A stretch of DNA of 64,000 nt from Yuukianura sp. NJ FZ-2021 (lineage: Eukaryota). Positions 38,197 through 50,541 of the stretch are shown here, in pieces. Below the pieces are notes generated by a model. The model was not told the origin of the DNA and did no database searches. It worked only from the letters and a program-made list of their open reading frames with translations. Made by a program: the position numbers and the translations under genes. Every line of letters starts with the position of its first letter. Positions within the stretch are counted from its first letter, which is position 1. The DNA is taken from the NCBI GenBank assembly GCA_046563655.1, contig CM102290.1, forward strand, positions 11,842,001-11,906,000. Reading direction: 5' to 3'.

Positions 38197-40632
38197 GTGG
38201 TTAGTGACAGGTTTCACGAAGTCAGATGAGTGAAACTTTCAATTATTTTCATAATTTCATAACTCATGAGAGTCATTCACATAATTTGTTTCAGTCAAAA
38301 GTCATTTCCGAAACTGTCCTAGAAAACCTTTACGCTAAATCTGAGAAGTAAAAAGAATTTTATACTTGTTAACTTCAACCATCAATGTTCGTCAATTCAA
38401 CATTTTTTTATCATTCATTATTTCGCCGAAACTCAAAAAAATAACATAAAAAAACCTATGCCCACTCCAGTTCCAAGCTTATTTAAGTTGAATTATTTAA
38501 AATTAATCACCCTAATTCTTAAATTGATCGTTGGGCAATTCCTAAGGAAAGGTTTGAAGCGTGACTCATTCATTACTTTCATTCTGACATGTACATGTCT
38601 ACATGTCATACTACACGTATGTTAAATCTTGACTACGCTCACAAAAAGAAATCATATCTGCGGTTTAGCGGTCTTTTACGTATGAGGTTGGTAGCCATAT
38701 ACCCGTAGGGAAGAGTTTGTTGAAAATTAATTAGGCTAACTGTGGAATTTATAAAGTCATTTAAAAAGGAAGCAACGGTAGGTGAAACGTTTGCTCAAAT
38801 TAGTAATCGACGCCCTACCAAAGAATGTGCATAGCTGGGCAAAGACAAAAGCCAATTTGCGCCTGTAAACATAATGATGGTTGAGTGAGTTGATGAGGTG
38901 AAGGATGATGCACTGCACTATGCATTCGCCTTGATTCCGTCCAGAAGTCGGCATTAGAAGCTATTTCATTATATGAATTTTGTTCCATTTTCACTATAGT
39001 TGACCTAAATTAGGTAAAGGGAAAAAGTCAAACAAGATAAAACAAAAACTAATTCCTAACAAAGAAAAATTATCAAGCAATTTTCAAGTGGGTTTGATAT
39101 AGGTAAATTAAAACTAGCATAACTAGGGCAAGTATTACCCAAATACTGGAAACATTCTGGATTGGCTTTCTGTAAACCAGGATGAAAAATATTTCTACTA
39201 TTGTTATATTTTTTTTTGTAAACCTCTTTTCCTGTAAATCAGGAGTCGTAAATGATTACTTTTAGTTTAATTTACAAAAATTGAATCGACACAACCTTTT
39301 TTTTTATCTGAAACGATGAATCAAATTTTTATTTAATTAACATGAAACGTTTTAAATGAAAAAAGTGAAAAGTGAAATTTTGAAACTTTATCGAATACAA
39401 AAATTTGGGAGAGAATCCTCCAATTTTTTTCAGTTGTAAAACAGATTAATGGCAAAGCTATAGTATAATAATACTGTATACTTCGTACACTATTGCTGTA
39501 CCATATTAAAATATATTGCATGCATATTGTAATAAAGTTATATCAAGTTTTTAAAATCCGAACGGGACTGGAACTTAAAGCAACTTTGTTGATGATCGGG
39601 TTCTGCCGACGTCTGGTGATACAAGATAGAAGACTTCAATAAAATAGGGACAGGAAGACATTTCTCCTCCTGCCTCTGTCTGCGAGTGTTCCACTCTGAA
39701 TTGTTTACTTTTAAGTTTTGATTTTATCCTCGTTAATTAATGTGTTCGTGTCGTCGATCTTAGTTCGTACTACGGGTCATCGGTTTAGGTAAGTTGAGGA
39801 TTTTCAGCGCTAAGTAGAGGCAGTACTACGCTAAAGCTAAGCAAAGTCATTTGACATTCGTTTCCTTCGGGTGGTCGTGGTGTCGTCCTCGTCTTGTTCC
39901 ACATCGCTGATGTCGTGGTAGTCCCCTTGTGTCCTACATTACAACCAATGAGACCACGATCATCGGGTGATAAAAACGGACATTTGCGGAAGCATATTAG
40001 GCCAACAGGGCTGTTGTTCCGTGGAAGTTAATTAAAGGTGGGTAATCATTCGTGACTATGGATGTTACTATTCTTTAATGCGGCTAGTGAAACAGTTTAT
40101 GTTGAGCCGCACTATGTACATCCATGTGTATTTTTTGTTGTCGTTGTGTTTAGATTAGTCATACAAAGTCTCAGAACTAACTATCAGTTTAAGCGTGTTT
40201 AAAGATTAAAGCTGGAATCAACTTTATGCTAAATGGACAAAACTACTAACCAAGAATGTATGAACTCCAAGGCAGAAATGAGACATCATTTATAGCTTGT
40301 TTCACTTGAAAATGGATGATTGGAGACTGAAAACTGGATAAGAAGGGATCATTAACCTTTTCTTGAGACATTCACTAGTTTATGGTTGCTCGAAATTGCA
40401 TATAAAATTAGTTAGTATTCCTTGACCTATTGAATTACTGTATTTTCAAGCTGCTAATTTTATATTTATTCCTTTCTTTTAGTTACTTATTCATCGGAAC
40501 GTCAATTACCAATATCCATAGGAGGCTAGGAGCGGATTCTGGGTCATACAGATTACAAACCTTAGAGATTCATCGACCAATTAATTGGAAACGCCTTGAC
40601 GTTCTTCCGTCGTCCGCTTATCGTGACACAAA

Positions 40633-41916
40633 ATGACAACAGCATCGGCCGTTCCGAAACGGAGGGCCTTCGACTCCGAAAATGGATCTCCCGACTTAGC
40701 CAGCCTATTCGAATGCCCAGTTTGCTTTGATTATGTTCTCCCACCGATTTACCAATGTCAAGCAGGTCATTTGGTCTGTTCCATCTGTAGACCCAAACTC
40801 TCATGCTGTCCGACATGTCGAGGACCTCTTGGTAAGTTCACTTGTTCTAAATACTACGACTTTTCTTATTTTTTTGTTTTTTGTTTTTTGGTTTTTACTA
40901 TAAACTTACCGATCCCTAGCATGTTGTTTTTTCTTCGTTTCCAGCAACGAAACGAAGCTGTTTTTTTTTCCTCGGATTTTTTTAGTTTTGTTCAGTTATC
41001 TTTTATCTTATGAAGATGCCACGAAACGTGAAAATTCGTGCAGGAGTAAATTCGGAAGTGGAATGGTTCTAACCAATATCTTTTATGTTTGTAGGCAACA
41101 TTCGGAACTTGGCTATGGAGAAGGTGGCCAATACTGTATTTTTTCCTTGCAAGTATTCGGGCAGCGGTTGCCTTAGTATGCTTCTACATCCCGATAAAGT
41201 TGAGCACGAGGATGCTTGTGAATTCCGGCCATACATCTGTCCCTGTCCCGGAGCTTCATGCAAGTGGCAAGGATCTCTGGAGCAAGTTATGCCACACCTC
41301 ATGATGCAGCACAAGTCGATTACTACACTCCAAGGTGACCATTAATCCTACTTTTGTTTGAAACTTGAAAGAATTACAGCTTTATATGAATATTTTTAGG
41401 CGAAGATATTGTTTTTCTCGCGACTGACATAAATCTTCCTGGAGCCGTTGACTGGGTCATGATGCAATCCTGCTTTGGCCATCATTTTATGCTTGTATTG
41501 GAAAAACAAGACAAGAACGACGGTCAGCAATTCTTTGCTATTGTGCAGTTGATTGGATCACGTAAGGAGGCTGAAAAATTTGCCTACCGGTAAGCACTCC
41601 AGTTTTCTACTCCCATTTCTACCTTAAAGCACAGAAAGCACTTTCTTGCTGAAAGCATTCCGTTTCTTTTTCACTTTTTAGGCTTGAACTAAATGGAAAC
41701 CGCAGAAGATTGACCTGGGAAGCCACTCCACGATCTATTCATGAGGGCGTAGCAACTGCCATAAATAATTCTGATTGCCTCGTTTTCGATACAAGTATTG
41801 CTCAAATTTTCGCAGAGAATGGCAATCTAGGGATAAATGTCACTATATCGTTGGTACGTAACTCATCTCTTTATTTGAGCGGTTTGGTCCGTAAACCAAA
41901 TCCACCTGAGTACTAA
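40633..41916 (+). CDS. sina: Seven-in-absentia/Siah RING E3 ubiquitin ligase
   Basis: Exons 40633-40831, 41095-41334, 41400-41589, 41682-41916. Reads [21 protein letters not shown]...[20 protein letters not shown]...[31 protein letters not shown]...[11 protein letters not shown]. Confidence 0.96.
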
Positions 41917-42579
41917 TTTATGTGCTATTATTCTATTTATGGAAATTATGAAATAATATTTGAATGATTTAGAATCACTTCTAATCCTAATCGTACGAAA
42001 TACACAATAAGTCCTCCATTTGACGCTGAGAAATTGATGGAAGAAAGTCAATGCAAACGGGACAAAGTGACAAACGTGAATTAGTGACAGTTTTTTTAAG
42101 TGTGCTATTATTTACAACTTCATTCGTGAAGCTGGGTCGGGGAAAAGACCAAGGAGACACACGCTCATTCCGGCTTCATCCCCAACTCAATTACTAATTA
42201 AGTTTAGTTTTTGTGAATCCAATTCGCTACAAAGTTCCCCCTCATAAGTGCTCTGGGTTTTGTTCTTTTCTTTGCGCCTGGCAAAGACGGAAGGACTTAG
42301 CTGTACAACCCGACATCACAATACTTCATTAATTATTTTTCCTCGTTCGCAACCTTATTTAAGTTTTTATGGCTGATTTTTTTTTTGTTATATTAACGTT
42401 AAGTAATCCTGACTACGAAATTGTATTGTATTCAGCCTAAACAGTACACACAATGCAGTCAGCATTGAGAAAGCGAGCGTTTTTGTTTGAACTACGATTT
42501 ATATTTTACGAGTTATCTAAATGTAAGCCAGTGACCTAAACCCAAATTAAAATGAACTTCATAAGTGATTTGGATCGGT

Positions 42580-42789
42580 GGTTCCATGCCATTGGGTCAA
42601 CTGAATTATGTCAACGGGAATTCTATCAACAATCAACTCTGTCAACCTCTATTTTGTATCAACGTAAGCTCAATTAAGCATTTGATGTGTTGACACAGTT
42701 GACCAGTTAGTTGATACAATTCTAGTTGATACAATTCAGTTGACGCAATGGCAGTTGATGCAATTCAATTGACACAGTGGCGTGATTCC
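42580..42789. mobile_element. 210-bp MITE with GG...CC ends and an 8-bp TSD (Merlin-like)
   Basis: TSD ggatcggt at 42572-42579 and 42790-42797. Imperfect TIR: ggttccatgccattgggtcaactgaatt versus ggaatcacgccactgtgtcaattgaatt (reverse complement of the right end). tcaac repeats fill the left half and gttga repeats the right half. Confidence 0.75.
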
Positions 42790-45436
42790 GGATCGGTCAA
42801 TCCCTAACTTAGGGAAGTTAGGGATTGCCGATTAGTATTAAATTAATTAATGTCAATTAATTTTTAGTTTGGTTGATATTGTAGTGCCATTAATGATTTT
42901 TGCCTTAGATTTCGAACCTTCATCGTTTTCCTAATCACAACCACAAATCCTTGTTCTACGCCTACCTTGAACAACGTCATGGAGCACAACAGATGAAGAA
43001 GTCAGAGGCCGATGACATGGTTGCTACTTGAAGTATGATTTTTGCTTAAATAATACATGAAATACTGATTTTGGAATTTCGGAAAAAAAATTTTGGACTG
43101 ATTTATAATTTTTTTAAAATGAATAATAATTTCCATTTCTTGTGCTAAAGCTTATCGTGATTGAGTACACGAGAACTTGAGGAAGATGCACTGGAATTTT
43201 TTCATCATGCTGCATCTAGCTTTTTAGTATGCTCGTGACCCTTGACCTTAAGTGTCAAGTGAGTGTTGTCTTTGCACATCATTTTCTCACTTGCTGTTAA
43301 TCTTGACAGATTTATGGGTTGGGTTATTTTTCTGGTAATCAGAACCAAAAACCTCCAGTTCCTCACTTTCAAATTTGAAAAGTTGCAATTTTAATTTGGA
43401 TCTGTCAAAAGTAAGTTTTTTGTTGTCTAATAGGATAGGGGTCATTGGATCATGGCGTACGAAAAAAGTTAAGTTTTGAGTGGCTCCTAGCGTGTCATTA
43501 AGGGCCTATGTACCTGGCTACATGGAGCCCTTGAGGGTGTCCCAGGGGGCACTTAAAGTGTACTTATGGGGTCCTTATGAAGGTGTGACATAAGATAAGG
43601 ATCCAGACACATTGCATTTGGCTTGAGCCAGCACCGTTTCGTTTACGAAAATCTGTAACGCGAACCAAAATGTCAAAATGGCATCTAACTTTAAACAGCA
43701 TTCAAATTTTGTTCTTTTTTTTTATTTTTAAAGTTTGATTTTAAGATTTTGGTCAACATAATTTTTGGATTTTTTTTTTGGCTTGGCTCAAAATAAATTT
43801 TCTCCGCAAGTAAGTTTTGAATAAGAAACATTTTGAGTTGAGTAGTTTTTGGAAAAGAATGAAAATATATACGATATTGAAAATTTTGAAAAGTTTACAA
43901 GGATTAAGGACATAACTTTCATTTTGAATTTAAATTGAAGGATTTGAAGGAGATCAAGGCTTGTTTAGAATGAAGGATCCAGAATAAATTGTAGAGGTTG
44001 TGAAGGGACTTGACTTTTGGATGTTTCAGGGAGGGACTTGAAGGGTACACAACGTCAAGTGTCATAAATAACTGGCAGTGTCTGGATTGTTTGGACAAGT
44101 CAAGGCAGGTACACAGAGGAGGGTCCTCCAGGGTAATAAATACAAGAGGTAAAGTTAAGTACGTGTCAAGAACTGTGGCACTTGTCTTGATTTATCTCTT
44201 GTCAAGGGTCTCTCTCTCACGAGTCACAAGGGATCTCTAGCACAGTCTCTGCCCATCAAACCGAATTTAGTACCCAGGGTACTAATTATGTTACCTCCGG
44301 AAACAATGTTTGGTACGCTAAAAATTGTTACTAAGCCGGGTATCCAAGGGGTAGTATACCTGGTACCCAACGGGTGCTAAATTGGGTATCTGAGGGTACA
44401 CTTATTTGCATGCTTTTCAAAAATATTTAATCTCCATACACACGAACTTACTTAAAAATATATTTTCCGGTGTTCGTTACGAAAAATGTAAATATTTTTT
44501 TTATTTATTAATAATGTTTAATACTAATTAAGTAAATATTTGAGAGACTTAAAAAAATAGCGAAATTTCGATACTTTTTAAAAAATTGTTGGAAGAGTTT
44601 GCTTATTTATATGCTGCCTACTAAACTTTGTGTTTTTCTCGGGTTGCGAGTTTAGTTTCCTGGGAGTACCACACTCGGTGTGGTGGGCAGCAACTGCCTC
44701 AAGGTAAGTCTGTCTCTCACTTAGGCCAAGGGGGCCCTTAGGGATGGGATTTAAAGGGCCCTTAAGTCTCCTCTGGGCTGAATGACAACAATAGTAAGTG
44801 AAGTGGTTGGAATTAAGTAGGATGTGATTTAAAGTTGAATTGAAAGTGGCAGGGGAGGGACAGTCTGGAGACAATGGGAAGAAGTGATGATGGATATTGA
44901 CATTATGACGATTGACAATGGTAATTAGGACCACTCCAACAACTTCAACTAAAGTCAACTTCATAAGCCTAACTTTTTGAGGGCACCACCATAACCTCCA
45001 GACATGTCCAAACAAACACTCCTACACTAACAGCATCCCTCCAAATCCAATCTCTGCTGGACCACTTGAGGATCTTCTGCAGTTCATTCAACACCTCGCC
45101 TATCAGTCACCAGTCAGTTCTTCAAGCGTCCTGTCACTTCCCCCTCTGCTCCGCCAAGTTTTCTCATTTTTCAAAATTTTGAAAATTCAAAATCTAACAT
45201 TTTGATTCCGGGTAGCCAAACCTAAATTTTTCGGAGTTTAAAAGAATTTGTTATCCTACTTTTGATTTGGGTGCAAAGCAGCGTCATCCGTCGAATTTTG
45301 AAGAAGTCGTCGTTATTGTCTAAAAAATTTTGAAAATTTTTGAACAATGTTTGAAAGCATCCAAGCAGTAAGTAATATCCAGAGGATAAGTTAGCATTTG
45401 GTCCAGAAACTTTTGAAAACAGTGCCAAGCGATCCA

Positions 45437-48193
45437 ATGATGACGAGGGAGCATGGATCCGAAGTGTCAGATCTCGGAACCCGACGTTCGCCGAACCCTA
45501 GAACGTTAGTTAAGTTAGGCCTAAGGCCGTTTGTGACATTAGGACACATTAGTCCGTGGTTCCTCCTTTGTTATGGTTCTCTTCTATTCAGTGGATGTGC
45601 TGGACAACAACAGTTTTTTAGTGGGACCCTTGGCAGTACCGGGATCGTGAACCTGAATGCCCATGGAGGTGGGGCCATCATGGGCGGAAGTGACGAGTGG
45701 GACGGTGGTGGGACGTTCCGCTCCGGCTATGGCAGTGGCTACACTTGCGTTAATATCCCATCCAATTTTACGCTCTGCAAGAACATGGACTACACGAAGA
45801 TGATGGTTCCCAATCTGCTGGGTCATGACTCCCTCCAGGAAGCAGAGTATCACGTAAGACAACTTCAAGTGTCAGATTCAATTGACTCTTATGTTAGGCC
45901 AACCATACAAAACTGCACACGCTCCTCCACATGTCTTTTACGGACGGTCACGCATGGACGAATCCATCGTTTTAGCACCAAACTTTTATGGCCGTGCCAA
46001 ATCTGACCTTGGAATGCCCAAAAATGGACGGTCGTAGAAATATCTTGCACGGGTGACCGGCCATAGGTGCTCTGGCGGTCCATAAGTAACCGTCCGTGAT
46101 TGTCCGGTTACGATTTAAGATAAATCGCTGTCACCCTCAGCTTCATCATCTTTTGACAACTACAGTATTTGGAGACTCGGAAGCAAATTTTGATGCATTT
46201 TTGCATTGCACTTTGAAGAGGTTCATGTGCTTATCATTGTAAACTTGTGTTGGACTGCGTCAAGCAGTTCACAATATGGCTGGGTCTGTTGAGGGATTTA
46301 CCAAAACTCTAAGTTTTTTCAAAAAAAAGTTAACAGTTACGAGTACTGACAAGTGACATACTGTGGACATGATAAAACCAAAACAGTGAATATATGCAGT
46401 AGAACTTCATTTCAACTTAATCTTAAAATTATCGGTCAATTGCGAAAATGCAACAATGCAATCTAAAATGTTATGTTTGGCAATGCGTTTCTCAAAAAAA
46501 TGTATTTTTTCATAGAATCGAAAATCTTATCTTAAGGGCCTCGCGTCTTTAAATATCAAATAACTTGGCACAATTGTCAAAATTTCATAAATTTCAACGG
46601 ATTGGATCAAATGCATAGGACGAACTTGAGGGAGGAGAAAGTGAGAGTCACAGAAGAGAAGAGAGTGAAAGTGACGCCTTCTCTGTAATCTTCAAATTGC
46701 AATAATGTAGTTACTCAATGATATCGCTTTCATAACTTTTATAACAACGTTTTTATATCCTTTGTAGTTCATATTTTTCAATTTTAATTTCATAGATGTT
46801 CCAAAGTTTAACCAAAACTGGCACAAGATCAGAAACTAACGTAAACAAAATTGAGTGAAATAGACGAGAAAGTTGCTGTTTTCATTTTCAAAGTTTCTTA
46901 AGGCCCTGCACCTTGAATTCTTAAACTTAAAATTTTGATTCTCTGTATTAATGTAAATATCAATTTATTTTAACTAATTTACACAAAACGTAACTGTTTC
47001 AGGCCAAATCCTGGATCCCACTGCTACGCCTGCAGTGCCATGCTGAGACTCAACTTTTTCTGTGCTCTCTCTTCAGCCCCATTTGTTTGGACCGACCGAT
47101 CTATCCATGTCGCTCTCTCTGTCAAGTAAGTAGTCAAGGTCAATGCTGGGTCAAAGGTCAACAGGTCAAGATTCGTGATCTGTCAATAATATTATACAAA
47201 TAATAATATTTTCATTTGATCCAGGTAGTGCAAGCCAGTTGCGAACCACGCATGCTCCCTTACAACTACCCATGGCCAAGTATGCTCAAATGTGACCAGT
47301 TTCCGGAAGACCATGACTTATGCATCCGCCCTGGAGCTGCTGCTAATACTGAACATAGGAAAGGTAAGTAGTTTAATTTTTTTCAATCCGCTTTAAAGAA
47401 TTAACTAATTGTAATTAAATTGTTTTAACAAAAGTTTCAGTTCCGGGAAACGACTTGGAGTGTCCAGCATGCAATCAAGCTCATACTTGTGAAAACATTG
47501 TGGACAACTTTTGTAGAGCTGATTTCGGTAAGTGACAACGAATTAACTAACTCACGCTAGCTTCCGTGTCACTGTCACATTGCACTTCGTTGAGTGTCCG
47601 TGAGACAGAAACTATTTTAAAATTTCAACTGAAATGCTGTATGTTTGAGCAGTATTTCGAGCCAAGTTCAAGGGCACACGAGGTGAGGATTCTTTGGAGT
47701 TCCGGAAGGGGCGGTGGTTCAAGCCAAGGGACTCGGCAGGTCGTGGAGGTCGCGGGGGAGGTGTCGGTGTCCAAGCATTTGACATTGACACTTCCAAGGA
47801 TACTTGCTGTTTTGGAAAAGTGAGAGCTGGACTTCCCTATATTGTCATGGGAGTCAACAGGGGGACTTCAAGGGTCATCACATTCATCATGCCCTGGAAC
47901 GGAAAGGACAAGGTAGATCTGTCAAAAATTACAATTGGAATATGAAATTTAAGTCCTGCTTTCTTGATTAACAGGTACTTAAGAATGCCGTGAAGACATT
48001 TCGAAGTATGGACTGCTCAAATCCTCTACCAATGTCAGTAATTGCTCCAGAAAGTGATGGTAGGCGGAATGAGACTGTTGGAACCGGAAGTGGACGGAGA
48101 CACCGAAGAAAGCAAGGGGGCGGCGGAGGGAGACGAAGAGGACGACAGTTCAGTGGAGGATGCCGAGTAGTTCCGATTGGTAGAAACCAGTGA
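45437..48193 (+). CDS. Secreted frizzled-related protein (Fz CRD plus netrin-like domain)
   Basis: Exons 45437-45853, 47003-47125, 47225-47363, 47441-47527, 47653-47912, 47975-48193. A hydrophobic leader precedes the CRD CVNIPSNFTLC...MVPNLLGH...WIPLL..QCH...QLFLCSLFSPICLDRPIYPCRSLC...WPSMLKCDQFP, followed by the NTR-like CPAC...NFCRADF...YIVMG...IMPW. No 7TM region. Confidence 0.88.
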
Positions 48194-48286
48194 AGTGCGT
48201 TACGAAATAAAGTCTTTACGTTTTTAAACCAAACTAAAACGGAATTAGTTTGTGGATTATCATTTGCGTTCTAATTGCGTTTACTT

Positions 48287-49788
48287 CTAAGAAATCACTG
48301 TAATGTCATTTGGTGTCAAGTAGCGTTTTGTTCTGGAAGGATGAGCCTCTCGAAATGGAACGTTGTCTCGTGTCAAAACTTGAGAAAACGGAATCCTGGA
48401 ACTGCTGTCTTCTCTCAAATCATCGAGAGCGATTTTTCCAAAGTTGCCTTTTCGAAATTCCTGGACAAAGTGTTGTCCGGCGATTGTTAAGTCAGGTTTC
48501 TCTTCTATTACATTTGCTAAAATAAAAGCAAATGGCATAAGAAATCAACATCAATTAACGATTTAAATTCTAAACGCCACTGACGATGATTTTTTCCATC
48601 TTACTCTGTGTACTCCTAACTTTGGCAACAAAATTGAAACGCGTGGCAATGGAGGTGAGAACTGCGAAGATAGAGTCACTTGGTCCTTGAAGGCCGGCAA
48701 ATTCTACGTAATTGAATACTTCCATCTTATTCAACGTAAAAAGAATGAAATCAGCTATGTTGACTTCTCCAACTTGATTATCAGGTAGATTACCTAAAAG
48801 TAAAAAGTGGACAATGAAGTTCAACTTGAAACATTACCGTTCATGTAATGCTGAATTCAGAGAATGTACGAACCGCAAACTGCTAGTTTCATTCCATTCG
48901 TAACTGTAGTGAAACGAGGTTGAAGAATTCCAGGAGTATCGAAAAGATATACAAGCGGAGATTCGGATATTTTGACCTTCTCGTGGACACATTTTGTAAC
49001 GCCTGCCGAAGGTCCAACTTTTACAGCTCTTCCTGTAGAGTTTTAGAGGATTGTTTCTAAGAAATAGTTAATCTGGTACAAAGAAAAAACGTTACCCTTG
49101 CTTAGATGCTTTGACCTAAGGATATTGATTAGAGATGACTTTCCTACATTGGGAATTCCGATAATCATGGCATGATTTTCAGAATGATGACTGCGATGGT
49201 AACGCTCTGACCCTTCAATAAGTTCTTTCATAGTGGGAATCAGCTATAGCCCATGAAAAAGAAACGGTTAGTAAAAACAAACCCAACGTAGTGAACAGCA
49301 GTAAACGTTTGTACGGTAAGCTAACCTTCTTTATACCCCGATCTTGATCGTTTTTGCTGTTAGTAAATACGACCCGATTGACAGTGTTAGCCTCTTTGAA
49401 GTACTTTTCGATTTTATTCTTGTAGGATTCAGAAACCAAGTCGCTTTTGTTGAGTACTAAAATATGCGGCTTTGACCCAACAATCTGTTGCCACAATGTA
49501 GGATTTCTGCCGCTAAGAGGAATCCGAGCATCGTGTACTTCCAGTACGCAGTCGACACTACGCAGCTTCGCCTGCATTTGCTTCATGCCTGTAGTAATCC
49601 AAATATACCATTTTATTTTATGTTCCTAGGTTTTCATTTAGGTAAATAGTGATTAATCAATAATACGAAGGCAAATATTATTAAAATATTTAGCTGATAT
49701 TTGACTTGCCAGTGTTCATGTGCTTGGGATACCAGTTGAGTGCTCCTGTATGGGCTGATAATGTGAATGAGTGTCTAAAATTTCCCAT
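48287..49788 (-). CDS. MTG1: Mitochondrial ribosome-associated GTPase 1 (RbgA/YlqF family)
   Basis: [39 protein letters not shown], then G4 LVLNKSDL before G1 GIPNVGKSSLIN (circularly permuted), YLFDTPGIL and FRKGNFGKIALD. Confidence 0.93.
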
Positions 49789-50541
49789 GATCGTTTCTTT
49801 CAATTCAAAAGTGCTACAACTTTAATTAATTTGTTAACAACGCTTACAAATCTAAGCACCGAAACAATAATTATTTTCAATTTGACTAAATTATCTAAAC
49901 ATTCCTTCGGTTACTTGATGTGACGCTATTCACCCGACAATACGGTATGGGCGTATAGCCTCATCGAGTTGCTCTGTAGAACGAAGTCGTTTATTTCACG
50001 TTTGTAATTAATTTGTAATACTCATTGCAAATGTAATTAATTATAATAAATGTACTTCAATTATTTAGTATATAGTGATTAGTTAAAAATTTAATTAATT
50101 TGATTAATTGAAAAAAGTATTCTCCATTCGGAGTGGTGTGTCGGGTGATGTAGGAATATGGTTGTTGAAATAATTTATGCAAAAGTAAACAAACGGCGGG
50201 AAGTTCATGTTAACAGTACACATCAATCAAGTGTCAAATCAGGTGTTTCTCTGTATTTGTTTTTGTTTGAGTCATTCATGAAGGTCAAAGGTCATTCAAA
50301 AAATTCTTCATTTGATATTTGACATTTTATTTAATCCACGTTCTGAATGGTTCAGAAGACAAATAGACCTTTGTAGACCATGTCAAGATTGAACGATTTT
50401 CGAAACTTTAACGACCACTGACAACGAAACGGGTTATGTCAGAAAACGTCAAAATTTATTGTATTGACAACCGATCTACATTTTGATACTCACTCTCAAT
50501 TAACAACACACGATTAGTAGATTGGTTCTACTGCCTTTAAT

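Noticed and set aside
44270..44402. gtaccc/gggtac-rich patch, and a similar gtagccac/gtggctac patch at ~20250-20380
   Set aside because: Probably decayed repeats; no TIR or TSD could be supported.
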